Origin: Planctomycetota bacterium
GTDB taxonomy: Bacteria; Planctomycetota; UBA1135; UBA2386
Assembly (NCBI GenBank): GCA_965223545.1
Contig: OZ245006.1
Coordinates: forward strand, 5,632,001 to 5,696,000
DNA length: 64,000 bases
Direction: 5' to 3'
Shown: positions 20,592 to 29,445 of the stretch, one piece after another
Numbering within the stretch: the stretch's first letter is position 1
Layout: each line of letters begins with the position of its first letter
Translations under genes and position numbers: made by a program
Notes under the pieces: generated by a model
What the model was told of the DNA's origin: nothing
Seen by the model: only the letters and a program-made list of their open reading frames with translations
Databases searched by the model: none

Positions 20592-21610
20592 CCTGTCCCG
20601 AGAGCTCCGATCGCAGTCCGATTCTCTTTGCGGTCGGCTGTCCGCGATCGGGGACCACCTTGCTGCAGCGCATGTTGGATGCGCACCCTGCGTTGACCGT
20701 CGCCAACGACACGCACTTCATCACGCGCGTGCTCGAGCGTGGCGCCCCCGAGCGGGTGCAGGCGGCGATCGCCGGCGTGCCCGTGCCGTTGACCCCGACT
20801 CTGGTTCGCGCGGTGAGCGCCTACCACCGGTTTCCGCGTCTCGGCTTGTCGGCGGCCGACGTCGCCGACGTCGCCCGTGGTTGTGCCGACTACGCGGCGT
20901 TGGTCCGCGGGCTGTATCGGCTCGTGGCGAAGCGCGCCGGCGTGCGATGGGCGGGCGAGAAGACTCCGGACTACGTGCGTCGGCTGCCGCTGCTGCACGG
21001 TCTGTTTCCGCAGGCGCGCAGCGTGCACATCGTGCGCGACGGGCGGGACACCGCGCTTTCGCTGCTCAACTGGTCCAACTCCGGCAAGGGTCCGGGTCGG
21101 CTGCGCTATTGGAACGTCGATCCGGTCGCCGTTGCGGCGATGTGGTGGCAGTGGCAGGTCGAGAGCGGGCGCCGCGACGGCGGTGCCCTCGGCGCCGGCC
21201 GGCATCTGCTGTTGCGCTACGAGGACCTGGTCGCCGACCCGGAGACCGGAGCCGCGCGCCTGTGCGACTTTCTACAGTTGCCCCCTGCCGCCGAGATGAC
21301 GGAGTACCACCGCGGCAAGCAGCGGCGGGTGGAGGGGCTCTCCGCCAAGAGCCAGTGGTTGCCGCCGACCGCGGGGTTGCGGGACTGGCGTGTGCAAATG
21401 GAGCGCGACGACGCGCGGCTGTTCGACGCACTGTGCGGCGATACGCTGGATGCGCTCGGCTACGAGCGCGCCGACCCAGGCGGGGTCTCGCCAGCGGTCG
21501 CCGCGCGCGCGGCGCGGGCGCGCCGCTGGTGGCGCGCTTGGCGCGTGCGTCGCCGGCGCAAGGAGCGCTGGCGGGCGCCGGCGATCGACGGTTCCCGCTC
21601 CGCATCCTGA
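20588..21610 (+). CDS. PAPS-dependent sulfotransferase
   Basis: 5'-PSB motif GCPRSGTTLL, EKTP, 3'-PB motif VRDGRDTALS, RYEDLVADP. Confidence 0.9.
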   Translation: MTCPESSDRSPILFAVGCPRSGTTLLQRMLDAHPALTVANDTHFITRVLERGAPERVQAAIAGVPVPLTPTLVRAVSAYHRFPRLGLSAADVADVARGCADYAALVRGLYRLVAKRAGVRWAGEKTPDYVRRLPLLHGLFPQARSVHIVRDGRDTALSLLNWSNSGKGPGRLRYWNVDPVAVAAMWWQWQVESGRRDGGALGAGRHLLLRYEDLVADPETGAARLCDFLQLPPAAEMTEYHRGKQRRVEGLSAKSQWLPPTAGLRDWRVQMERDDARLFDALCGDTLDALGYERADPGGVSPAVAARAARARRWWRAWRVRRRRKERWRAPAIDGSRSAS

Positions 21611-21686
21611 TCGAATGGCGGTGGATCGCCGGGCCTGTCGGCGGTCTCGGGGCTGCAGTCGAGGATGGTCGTCGTCGGTATCGTCG

Positions 21687-23327
21687 TCAGCGCGATGTCG
21701 CGCGCAGCCCGTTGCTCGCGGCGAGGCCGAAGGGCGCGGTCGGGTCGGCAAACCAGTGCTGGAACCAGACGCGCGCACCGACGGGGAGCCTCGGCCAGCG
21801 CAGCCGGAGGTCCAGGTCCCCCTTGCCGTTGATCGGCAGACCGCCGACGACCGCCTGCGGAAAGGGAACCAAGGCACCGCCCAGCACCGGCAGCTGCCAT
21901 GGTGCCGCGCCGATGATCAACATGCTGCGCGCGCCGGGCGCCGCGCTGCGTAGCTGCAGAGTCACGAGATTGCCAGAGGTCGCGGTGCCGCGCCCCGACA
22001 GCGCCGCGGCGCGCGTCGCGTTGACGCGGCCGCCGACGTCGGCCCACGGCGACGGGCTGCGCAAGGCGAGCAGAGTGTTGCCGGTGCCGGCGGCGATCAG
22101 GGTGCCGTCGCGCGCCAGCGCGGGTCCGCCGATGTTGATGTTCGGCACCGGCAGCGACCAGCGCAGGCTCAGGTCCCGATTGAAGGACCACAGCCTGCCG
22201 CCGGCGAAGCCGCCGTTGGAGACGAACAGCCTGCCATCGGCGTCGACGACGAAGCGGGGCTTCTCGGCGCCGAGCGGGGCCGTCGTCGTCGCCCGCACAG
22301 CCCCGGTGCGCGGGTCGAGCGCGGCGAGATGGCCGTTCGGCTGCTGCATGTAGACCGAGCCATCGCGGCCGACCGCGAACTCGGCTGCAGTGCTCCACTG
22401 CGCGGGCACGCGCCAGCGCTGCACGAAGGCGCTCCCGGTGTCGGCGAATGCGTAGAAGTAATCCACGGGCGCACTGTTCTGCGTGCGGTTGAGGTAGACG
22501 GTGCCGTCGGGCCCGACCATCGGCGCGTTCTGGATGGTGTAGCCGGGCATCACCGGGCTCTGGTAGAGGAACGCGCCAGTCGCCAGGTCGAACCGCTTGA
22601 GCACGTTGCCGCCGGTGGTGGCGTCGGCGACGTAGACCGCGCCCCCGCTGGTGCCGGCGCGCAGCGCGGCTCCGCAGTTGCCGCTGACCGAGCCGTTGCG
22701 CGGTGCCGACCATACCGTGCTGCCGTCGCGCGCGCGGATGCGCCAAATGGTGCGAAACGAGGCGACCACCAGATCGCCGTTCGGCGCGAACACGACGCCG
22801 TCGTAGGCGCCGGCGTCGATGGTCGCGCGCGAGACCCACACCAGCGCGCCGGTGTGTTGATCGAGCGCGTGGATGCGTGCGCGCACCGACGCGCCGTTGC
22901 CCGAGCGGGAGGCGTAGACCCGACCATTGCTGGTGCCGAGCAGCCAGGTCGTCCATTCGCCGTTCGCGTAGGGAACGTGGTGCACCCAGAGTTCGGCACC
23001 CGAGCGCACCTCGTGGCAGACGACGGGGGAGCCGTTGGGCTCGCCTGCCGGGGCGAGTCCCGACTGACGCACGACGAACACGCGGCCGTTGTCGATGACC
23101 GGCTGCCAGGCGATCACCGAGGGTCGCGATCCGGACCAGACGGCGCGGGCCGATAGCGGGCCGAACGCGTTGTTCTGGCCGTTGCGACCGGCGTTGCCGC
23201 CGGAGTTGGGCCAGCCCTGTGCCAGGGCCGGAATCGTGAGCGCGCACCACACCAGTGGTGTGCGCCATCGCGTGGGGCAAGCGGTGAGCACGGGGCGGGA
23301 TGATAGTCGTCCGCGCCGCGGCCTCAA
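21687..23327 (-). CDS. Secreted PQQ-like beta-propeller protein with a C-terminal beta domain
   Basis: WPNSGGNAGRNG start; ALDxxTGxxxW repeats; P.VGPDGTVY. Start uncertain. Confidence 0.8.
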   Translation of the reverse strand: MRPRRGRLSSRPVLTACPTRWRTPLVWCALTIPALAQGWPNSGGNAGRNGQNNAFGPLSARAVWSGSRPSVIAWQPVIDNGRVFVVRQSGLAPAGEPNGSPVVCHEVRSGAELWVHHVPYANGEWTTWLLGTSNGRVYASRSGNGASVRARIHALDQHTGALVWVSRATIDAGAYDGVVFAPNGDLVVASFRTIWRIRARDGSTVWSAPRNGSVSGNCGAALRAGTSGGAVYVADATTGGNVLKRFDLATGAFLYQSPVMPGYTIQNAPMVGPDGTVYLNRTQNSAPVDYFYAFADTGSAFVQRWRVPAQWSTAAEFAVGRDGSVYMQQPNGHLAALDPRTGAVRATTTAPLGAEKPRFVVDADGRLFVSNGGFAGGRLWSFNRDLSLRWSLPVPNINIGGPALARDGTLIAAGTGNTLLALRSPSPWADVGGRVNATRAAALSGRGTATSGNLVTLQLRSAAPGARSMLIIGAAPWQLPVLGGALVPFPQAVVGGLPINGKGDLDLRLRWPRLPVGARVWFQHWFADPTAPFGLAASNGLRATSR

Positions 23328-23344
23328 CGTTGCGGGTGCGGCAT

Positions 23345-24019
23345 TCAGCGCGGCCGGTTACCGCCGGGCGGCCGGTGGCGGATGATCTCGCCGTCGACCA
23401 AGAACAGGACGTCCTCGGCGATGTTGGTGGCCTGATCGGCGATGCGCTCGAGGTTGCGGGTGGCCGACAGCAAGTGGGTGGCGCGCTCGATGTGGGAGGG
23501 GTCGGCCTCCATGGTGACGCGGAGCTCGTCGAACATCTGCCGGTGGAGCGAATCGACCGCGTCGTCGGCGGCGAGCACCTCCCGCGCTCGGGACGTGTCG
23601 CGCTCTACCAGCGCCGTCAAGCTGGTGCTGACCATGGCCCGCACGCGGCGGACCATCTCGGGTACGTCGCGGGGGCCCGGCAGGGGGGGGTGATCGGATA
23701 GGTAGAGAGCGCGGCCGGCGATGTTGGCGGCGAGGTCGCCCATGCGCTCGAGGTCGTTGTTGACCTTGAGCATTGTAACGATGAACCGTAAGTCGGCGGC
23801 CACGGGCTGGTGCAGGGCGAGCGTCTTCAGGCACTCCTCCTCGAGCGCGACCTCGCGCCGGTCGATCTCGTCGTCGCCGTCGATCACGGCGCGGGCGGCC
23901 GCCGCGCGCCGTTCCAGCAGGGCACCGGTGGCGTCGTGGATGGCGTTCTCGACCAGGGAGCCGATCTCCAGGATGTCCCGCTTGAGGCGGTCGAGATCGC
24001 GCAGGAGGTGTTTGGTCAT
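23345..24019 (-). CDS. phoU: Phosphate signalling complex protein PhoU
   Basis: QPVAADLRF, NDLERMGDLA, LERIADQATNIAEDV. ATG at 24019. Confidence 0.95.
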   Translation of the reverse strand: MTKHLLRDLDRLKRDILEIGSLVENAIHDATGALLERRAAAARAVIDGDDEIDRREVALEEECLKTLALHQPVAADLRFIVTMLKVNNDLERMGDLAANIAGRALYLSDHPPLPGPRDVPEMVRRVRAMVSTSLTALVERDTSRAREVLAADDAVDSLHRQMFDELRVTMEADPSHIERATHLLSATRNLERIADQATNIAEDVLFLVDGEIIRHRPPGGNRPR

Positions 24020-24192
24020 CTTGGCGGGGGGTGATGGTCGCGTCGCGTGGTGGTGGTCGGGCGGGAATGTAGGGGCGAAATTTAAAGGGACCCCAGCGGG
24101 AGGTGTGAAGACTCTCGCGCCCCGCGTCTCGCTGGACTCACCGATCACAGCGTGAGTTAGGTCGTGGGGGAAGATTGAGCACAACCTGTGGA

Positions 24193-24231
24193 ATTCACGA
24201 ATTCTTTATCTAAAATTCATACATTCTTCCC
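24193..24231 (+). promoter_or_regulatory. Pho-box-like array of four 11-bp-period direct repeats upstream of the porin gene
   Basis: TTCAC at 24194, TTTAT at 24205, TTCAT at 24216 and TTCCC at 24227, in an AT-rich patch. Confidence 0.7.
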
Positions 24232-24329
24232 TATTGCCGCCGTGCGCATCCTCCTAGCCTCCTCGCCAGTCGTCCGGTCGTTGTGACGCGACCCCAACGG
24301 CGACCAACCTCGACAGGAAGGGATTTCCC

Positions 24330-25595
24330 ATGACGAAGACTCTCGGATCCGTGGCAGCAGTGTTGGCGACGGCATCGGTCGCGTGGGCCGGAGGCGAAGG
24401 CAATGGCAAGGGCGGCAAGCCGGCTCCCAAGGCCGACAGCCCCTCTCCGCTGACAGCCCCGCAGGACCCCGCCACCACCATCAAAGCGGCGTCTGGCAAG
24501 GGGTTCACCATCTCGAGCGGTGACGACTTCTCCATCAACATCGCCAATCGCCTGCAGCTGCTCTGGCGCTACACCGACAGCGACGGCGGTCAGGACGTCA
24601 ACAGCTTCCGCATCCGCCGCGCGCGGACCGCGATGAAGGGGCACGTGTTCGACCCGCGCGTCCAGTACAAGCTGCAGCTCGACTGGGCTTCCAGCACGCG
24701 CATCAAGGATGCGTGGGTGCGCTACGTCGCGTGGGGCGAAGAGGACGCCGGCCGCGTCGGCTTCCGCCTCGGCCAGCAGAAGACGCGCCACGGCAAGGAG
24801 GCCGAGGGCACTTCGGGTGCGCTGGACCACACCACTCGCTCGCTGGCGTCGCGCACCTTCGCCGGTGTGCGCGCCACGGGCCTCTGGATCGAGGGCGCCC
24901 ACGCCGACGACAAGCTGCACTGGGAAGCCGGTGTGGCCAACTCCGACACCGCGGGTGCTTCGACGGCGGTCGAAGGTGGCGCCGACGGCGCGCGCAACCG
25001 CGACAACGAGCTGAACTACTTCTTCGGCATCTCGTTCGATCCGTTCGGCGACATGGGCGGCGAAGACCTGGGCTCGAAGAGCTACAAGCAGGGCGATCTC
25101 GGCCACACCGAGAACGCGCTCTGGACCTTCGGCTCGAGCATCATGGTCGGCAACCATCAGACCGCCGCCGGTGCGGCCGATGTCGAGACCGTGTCCTGGA
25201 ACTTCAACACCGCGGTCAAGGTCGCCGGCCTGCACGCTCTCGGTGAGGTCTTCCTGCGCACCGACGATCAGACCGCTGGCCCCGAGGCGGACGCCACCGG
25301 TTTTGCGGTCGGCGCTTCCTACACGATGCCGAAGCCCGAGGACTACGCCGCGCAGTGGTCGTTCGCCGCGCGCTACTCGCTGGTCGACTACGACGACGCG
25401 CCGGTGCTGTTGCTGGATCCCTCGCTGGGTGGCGCCGCGGGCGACGTCAGCGAGATCAACGGCACGGTGACCGCGTACTACCGCGAGCATCGCATGAAGA
25501 CGCAGATCGGCTACACCTTCCAGACGGCCGAGCCCGCGGGTGGCGCCGATGTCGATACCCACCAGATCGACGTCATGTTCCAGCTGATGTTCTGA
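24330..25595 (+). CDS. Phosphate-selective porin (OprO/OprP-like)
   Basis: Signal peptide; FRIRRAR..KG, KLQLD, IKDAWV and GQQK motifs; C-terminal Phe; located in the pho cluster. Confidence 0.8.
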   Translation: MTKTLGSVAAVLATASVAWAGGEGNGKGGKPAPKADSPSPLTAPQDPATTIKAASGKGFTISSGDDFSINIANRLQLLWRYTDSDGGQDVNSFRIRRARTAMKGHVFDPRVQYKLQLDWASSTRIKDAWVRYVAWGEEDAGRVGFRLGQQKTRHGKEAEGTSGALDHTTRSLASRTFAGVRATGLWIEGAHADDKLHWEAGVANSDTAGASTAVEGGADGARNRDNELNYFFGISFDPFGDMGGEDLGSKSYKQGDLGHTENALWTFGSSIMVGNHQTAAGAADVETVSWNFNTAVKVAGLHALGEVFLRTDDQTAGPEADATGFAVGASYTMPKPEDYAAQWSFAARYSLVDYDDAPVLLLDPSLGGAAGDVSEINGTVTAYYREHRMKTQIGYTFQTAEPAGGADVDTHQIDVMFQLMF

Positions 25596-25675
25596 GGCGG
25601 CCGCTCGCGCGGCACCCGGTGTCGCGCGGTGCCTGGCGAACCGCCGCACTGCCGGTGGTTCGCCGCCGGGATCGC

Positions 25676-27454
25676 CTACGGGCGTTCCGGTGAGAGCGGC
25701 AGCCACACGCGAAACGAGCTGCCCACGCCCAGCGTGCTGTCGACGGAAACGCGTCCCGAGTGCGCAAGCACGGCGTGCTTGACGATCGAGAGACCGAGTC
25801 CGGTGCCGCCGAGCTCGCGCGATCGGGCGCGGTCGACCCGGTAGAAGCGCTCGAAGATGCGCTCTTGCTGCTCCGGTGCCAGTCCGACGCCAGTGTCGTC
25901 GACGCGCAGCAGGGCCTCGCCGCCGTCGACCGTCAGGGTCACGTGGACCGAGCCGCCGGCCGGGGTGTACTTGAGGGCGTTGCCGAGCAAGTTGTCGACC
26001 AGTTGGCGCAGCATCTCGGCATCGCCGAACACCGGCACGGGATCCGGCGGAAGATCGGTGGCCAGCGTCAGGTCGTTGTCGTCGGCGCGCGTCGCGAGCA
26101 GCTCCACCGAGGCCCGCACCGGCGTGCGCAGGTCGAGTGGTCCACGACGCGGCCCGAGTCCCTGCGACTCGATCCGCGAGAGCGTCAACAAGTCGGCGAC
26201 CAGAGCGGATAGACGGTGGGAATGATCTTTGATCTTGAGCAGGAAGCGCTCGCGAACCTCGGGAGGTGCGTCGCGGTCATCGAGCAGAGTCTCGACGAAG
26301 CCACGGATCGAGGTCAGCGGCGTCTTCAGCTCGTGCGAGACGTTGGTGACGAAGTCCCGCCGGACCTGCTCGAGCCGCCGTTGTCCGGTGATGTCGTGCA
26401 GCACGACCACCGCGCCGGCGATGTGCCCCACGGCTTCGCTGCGAAGAGGGGTGGCGTGCAAGGACAGGCTGCGCGCGCCGTCCCGTCCCGAAAGGGTGAT
26501 CTCGTCGCGGGCTTCGCGGGTTCCGCGGATCACCCGTTCCAGCAGCTGCCAAACCGGCTGCACTCGGGTGATGTCCCACAGCGTCCGACCGGTGACTTGC
26601 CCCGCTTCGATGCCGAGCGCGCGGCGCGCCTCGTTGTTGATCTGCACCACCCGCATCTCGCGGTCGACTGCGACGACGCCCTCGACCATGCTGCCGAGAA
26701 TTGCGAGCGCCTCGCGCCGCTCCCGGTGCAGGGTCTCGCCCCGGCTACTGAGCTGGTCGGCGATGCCGTTGAGGGTGCTGCCCAAGCCGCCCAGCTCACG
26801 CGTGGCGTCCGCGGGGACGCGGGCTTCGTGGTCGCCGGCCGCCAGGCGGTCCGCGACATGGCCGATCAGTCGCAGTCGTCGCTGTCGGCGCCTGATCACC
26901 ACGGCCACGATTGCCATGGCCCCGGCCGTGCACGCCAAGACGCGCCAGGCTAGCGCGGCTTGGCGGCGACGGGCCGCCGCTTCGATCGAGGCGATGGCGC
27001 GTCCGGCGCGAACCGTTCGATTCTCCGTGCCGTCCGGGTCGGTGACCGACTGCGCGACGAACAGCCCTTCGCCGCCGAGCTGTGGGCTGAACCGGCGGTA
27101 GACGGAGGACGAGCCGGGCGACCGGCGCCGCTCGCTGGCCGTCGCCGGTGCCGGCAAACCGGGACCGGGGGATTGCGCCGTGACCACTCCGTCGGCGTTG
27201 AACACACACAGCGCGACGTCCAGCTGTCTGGAGGCGTCGGCCAGCGCCGCCGACAGGTCGTCGCCCGCGGGGGTTCGCGCGGCCAGCGCCGCCAGCCAGT
27301 GCGCGCTGGCGCGCAGCTCGGCGGTCGCCGCGTCGCGCTGATCGTCGGCGATCGCCGCCGCCTGCCAGGCGAGCACGAACCCACCGCAGCCGGCGATCAC
27401 ACCGAGCATGATGGCGGAGAACTGGCTCACGGCGGGGGAGGCGCTGCCGCGCAC
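25676..27454 (-). CDS. phoR: Sensor histidine kinase PhoR (2 TM, HAMP, PAS, HisKA, HATPase)
   Basis: SMVEGVVAVD, FVTNVSHELKTPLTSI, NLLGNALKY, FERFYRVD, GGTGLGL. Confidence 0.9.
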   Translation of the reverse strand: MRGSASPAVSQFSAIMLGVIAGCGGFVLAWQAAAIADDQRDAATAELRASAHWLAALAARTPAGDDLSAALADASRQLDVALCVFNADGVVTAQSPGPGLPAPATASERRRSPGSSSVYRRFSPQLGGEGLFVAQSVTDPDGTENRTVRAGRAIASIEAAARRRQAALAWRVLACTAGAMAIVAVVIRRRQRRLRLIGHVADRLAAGDHEARVPADATRELGGLGSTLNGIADQLSSRGETLHRERREALAILGSMVEGVVAVDREMRVVQINNEARRALGIEAGQVTGRTLWDITRVQPVWQLLERVIRGTREARDEITLSGRDGARSLSLHATPLRSEAVGHIAGAVVVLHDITGQRRLEQVRRDFVTNVSHELKTPLTSIRGFVETLLDDRDAPPEVRERFLLKIKDHSHRLSALVADLLTLSRIESQGLGPRRGPLDLRTPVRASVELLATRADDNDLTLATDLPPDPVPVFGDAEMLRQLVDNLLGNALKYTPAGGSVHVTLTVDGGEALLRVDDTGVGLAPEQQERIFERFYRVDRARSRELGGTGLGLSIVKHAVLAHSGRVSVDSTLGVGSSFRVWLPLSPERP

Positions 27455-27455
27455 C

Positions 27456-28145
27456 TCAGTCCTTGAAGCGATAGCCCATGCTGCGCACGGTCTGGATCAG
27501 GTCCCGGCGGTTGCCGAGCTTCTGCCGAATCGCGCGGACGTGGACGTCGATGTTGCGGTCCAGCACCACGGCGGTCTCGCCGATCACCCGACTCAAGAGC
27601 TCGCCGCGGCTGAAAACACGGCCGGGGTGTGCGGCGAGAAAGTGCAGCAGGCGAAACTCGGTGGGCGTGAGCTCGAGCGGTTCGCCGCCGAGCACGACTT
27701 CGTGCCGCACCGAGTCGATGACGAGCTCGTCGCGAATGATGCGTTCAGCCGCACTCCGCTCGTCGCGCAGCGGCCCGCGGCGCAACACGGCCTCGACGCG
27801 GGCCAGCAGGGCGCGTGGGCTGAACGGTTTGGCGACGTAGTCGTCGGCGCCGACGCCGAGACCGAGCACGATGTCGCTCTCCTCGGCCTTCGCGGTCACC
27901 ATCACGACTGCGATGCCGCGAGTGACTGGATCGCGCTTGAGGCGGCGGCACAGCTCGATGCCGTCGACGCCGGGAAGCATCAGGTCGAGGATCACCAAGT
28001 CCGGCGCCTCGCGCCGGGCCTGAAGCAGGCCCCGCTCACCGTTGGGCGTGCTCTTCACTCGATACCCCTCGCGCTTGAGGTTGTACTCGATGAGCTCCCG
28101 AATGTCGTCGTCGTCTTCGATGACGAGGATCGTCTCGCGTTTCAC
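27456..28145 (-). CDS. phoB: OmpR/PhoB-family response regulator
   Basis: ILVIEDD, LDLMLPG, GADDYVAKPFS, LTPTEF, RNIDVHV, TVRSMGY. GTG start at 28145. Confidence 0.9.
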   Translation of the reverse strand: MKRETILVIEDDDDIRELIEYNLKREGYRVKSTPNGERGLLQARREAPDLVILDLMLPGVDGIELCRRLKRDPVTRGIAVVMVTAKAEESDIVLGLGVGADDYVAKPFSPRALLARVEAVLRRGPLRDERSAAERIIRDELVIDSVRHEVVLGGEPLELTPTEFRLLHFLAAHPGRVFSRGELLSRVIGETAVVLDRNIDVHVRAIRQKLGNRRDLIQTVRSMGYRFKD

Positions 28146-28235
28146 TGGTCTGTCGTTGGGCTTGCTCGGTGCGACGGCTCTTGCAAGGACGGCTCGGTCG
28201 CCACCCAAGGCCTTGGAGAGGTTAGATCGCGCTCG

Positions 28236-28263
28236 ATGAAGATACCGTGAAGGCCGCGTGAAA
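28236..28263 (-). promoter_or_regulatory. Pho-box-like triple direct repeat upstream of phoBR
   Basis: ATGAAG at 28236, GTGAAG at 28247 and GTGAAA at 28258 on +, exactly 11 bp apart; reads YTTCAY toward phoB. Confidence 0.7.
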
Positions 28264-28279
28264 CGCTGGCACCGGATGG

Positions 28280-28351
28280 CTTTACGCCGTCTTCGCGACT
28301 TGCTTCGCCGATCACATGCCTTCTTAACGGCAGTGCTCATCGGATCTTCAT
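28280..28351 (+). promoter_or_regulatory. Weaker Pho-box-like half-sites upstream of pstS
   Basis: CTTTAC 28280, CTTCGC 28291, CTTCGC 28303; CTTAAC 28323, GCTCAT 28335, CTTCAT 28346 (11-12 bp spacing within each trio). Confidence 0.45.
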
Positions 28352-28416
28352 GAACCGGGCCTACGGTCCCGCCAGCTCGGCCGCCCACTGCGGCCCTCCT
28401 AGCGAGAAAGTGACCC

Positions 28417-29439
28417 ATGATTCGTTATCCAAGTGCACTGTTGGTTTCCTGCGCGGCGACGTTGACCGCGACGTCTGCCGAGGCACAGGTCAAGGTCGAC
28501 CCGCGCTTGCCCGCCTACGAGCGCTCGGATGCCGGCATCTCCGGCAGCATCAAGAGCATCGGCTCGGACACGATGAACAACCTGATGACCCTCTGGGCCG
28601 AGGGCTTCCAGGCGATCTATCCCAACGTGGAAGTCGAGATCGAGGGCAAGGGGTCCTCGACTGCGCCGCCGGCGCTGATCGAGGGCACGTCCACCTTCGG
28701 ACCGATGAGCCGACCGATGAAGTCCGAAGAGAAGGACAAGTTCGAGGAGGCGTTCGGCTACAAGCCGGTCGAGCTCGGCACCTCGATCGACATGCTCGCG
28801 GTCTACGTCCACAAGGACAATCCGATCGCGCAGCTCGGTCTCTCCCTGCAGCAGGTCGACGCGATCTTCTCCAAGACCCGCAAGGGAGGGGCTGGCGCCG
28901 ATATCACCACCTGGGGCCAGCTCGGGTTGACCGGCGAGTGGGCCGACAAGCCGATCAGCCTCTATGGCCGCAACTCGGCGTCGGGCACCTACGGCTACTT
29001 TCGTGACAAGGCGCTGTTCAAGGGCGACTACAAGGACGAGGTCAAGGAGCAGCCCGGCAGCTCCTCGGTGGTGCAGGGTGTCGCCAGCGACCGCTACGGC
29101 ATCGGCTACAGCGGCATCGGCTACATGACCGCCGATGTGCGGGCACTGCCGCTGAGCAAGTCTGAGAGCGGCCGCAAGGTGGCGGCGACGCCCGAGAACG
29201 CCAACAGCTACCCGCTCAGCCGGTTCCTGCTCTTGGCGACCAACTACAAGCCCGGCAGTCGGCTCGACCCTCTGCGCCGCGAGTTCATCCGGTTCATCTA
29301 CAGCCGCCAGGGCCAGCAGGTGGTCGTCAAGGATGGCTACCTGCCGCTGTCGCTGCCGCTGTGCCAGAGGGCTCTCGCCGAAGTCGGCCTGACCCTGTCC
29401 GCCGATGTTGGCGCGGTCGAGGCCGCGTCCGGACGGTAG
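28417..29439 (+). CDS. pstS: Phosphate ABC transporter substrate-binding protein
   Basis: GSDTM, GKGSSTA, GPMSR, GRNSASGTY, YPLSR. Confidence 0.95.
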   Translation: MIRYPSALLVSCAATLTATSAEAQVKVDPRLPAYERSDAGISGSIKSIGSDTMNNLMTLWAEGFQAIYPNVEVEIEGKGSSTAPPALIEGTSTFGPMSRPMKSEEKDKFEEAFGYKPVELGTSIDMLAVYVHKDNPIAQLGLSLQQVDAIFSKTRKGGAGADITTWGQLGLTGEWADKPISLYGRNSASGTYGYFRDKALFKGDYKDEVKEQPGSSSVVQGVASDRYGIGYSGIGYMTADVRALPLSKSESGRKVAATPENANSYPLSRFLLLATNYKPGSRLDPLRREFIRFIYSRQGQQVVVKDGYLPLSLPLCQRALAEVGLTLSADVGAVEAASGR

Positions 29440-29445
29440 CCGCGC

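Noticed and set aside
23345..24120. G-rich skew on + across phoU as a sign of foreign origin
   Set aside because: Modest, not quantifiable by eye, no mobile-element boundaries, and the gene fits the pho cluster.
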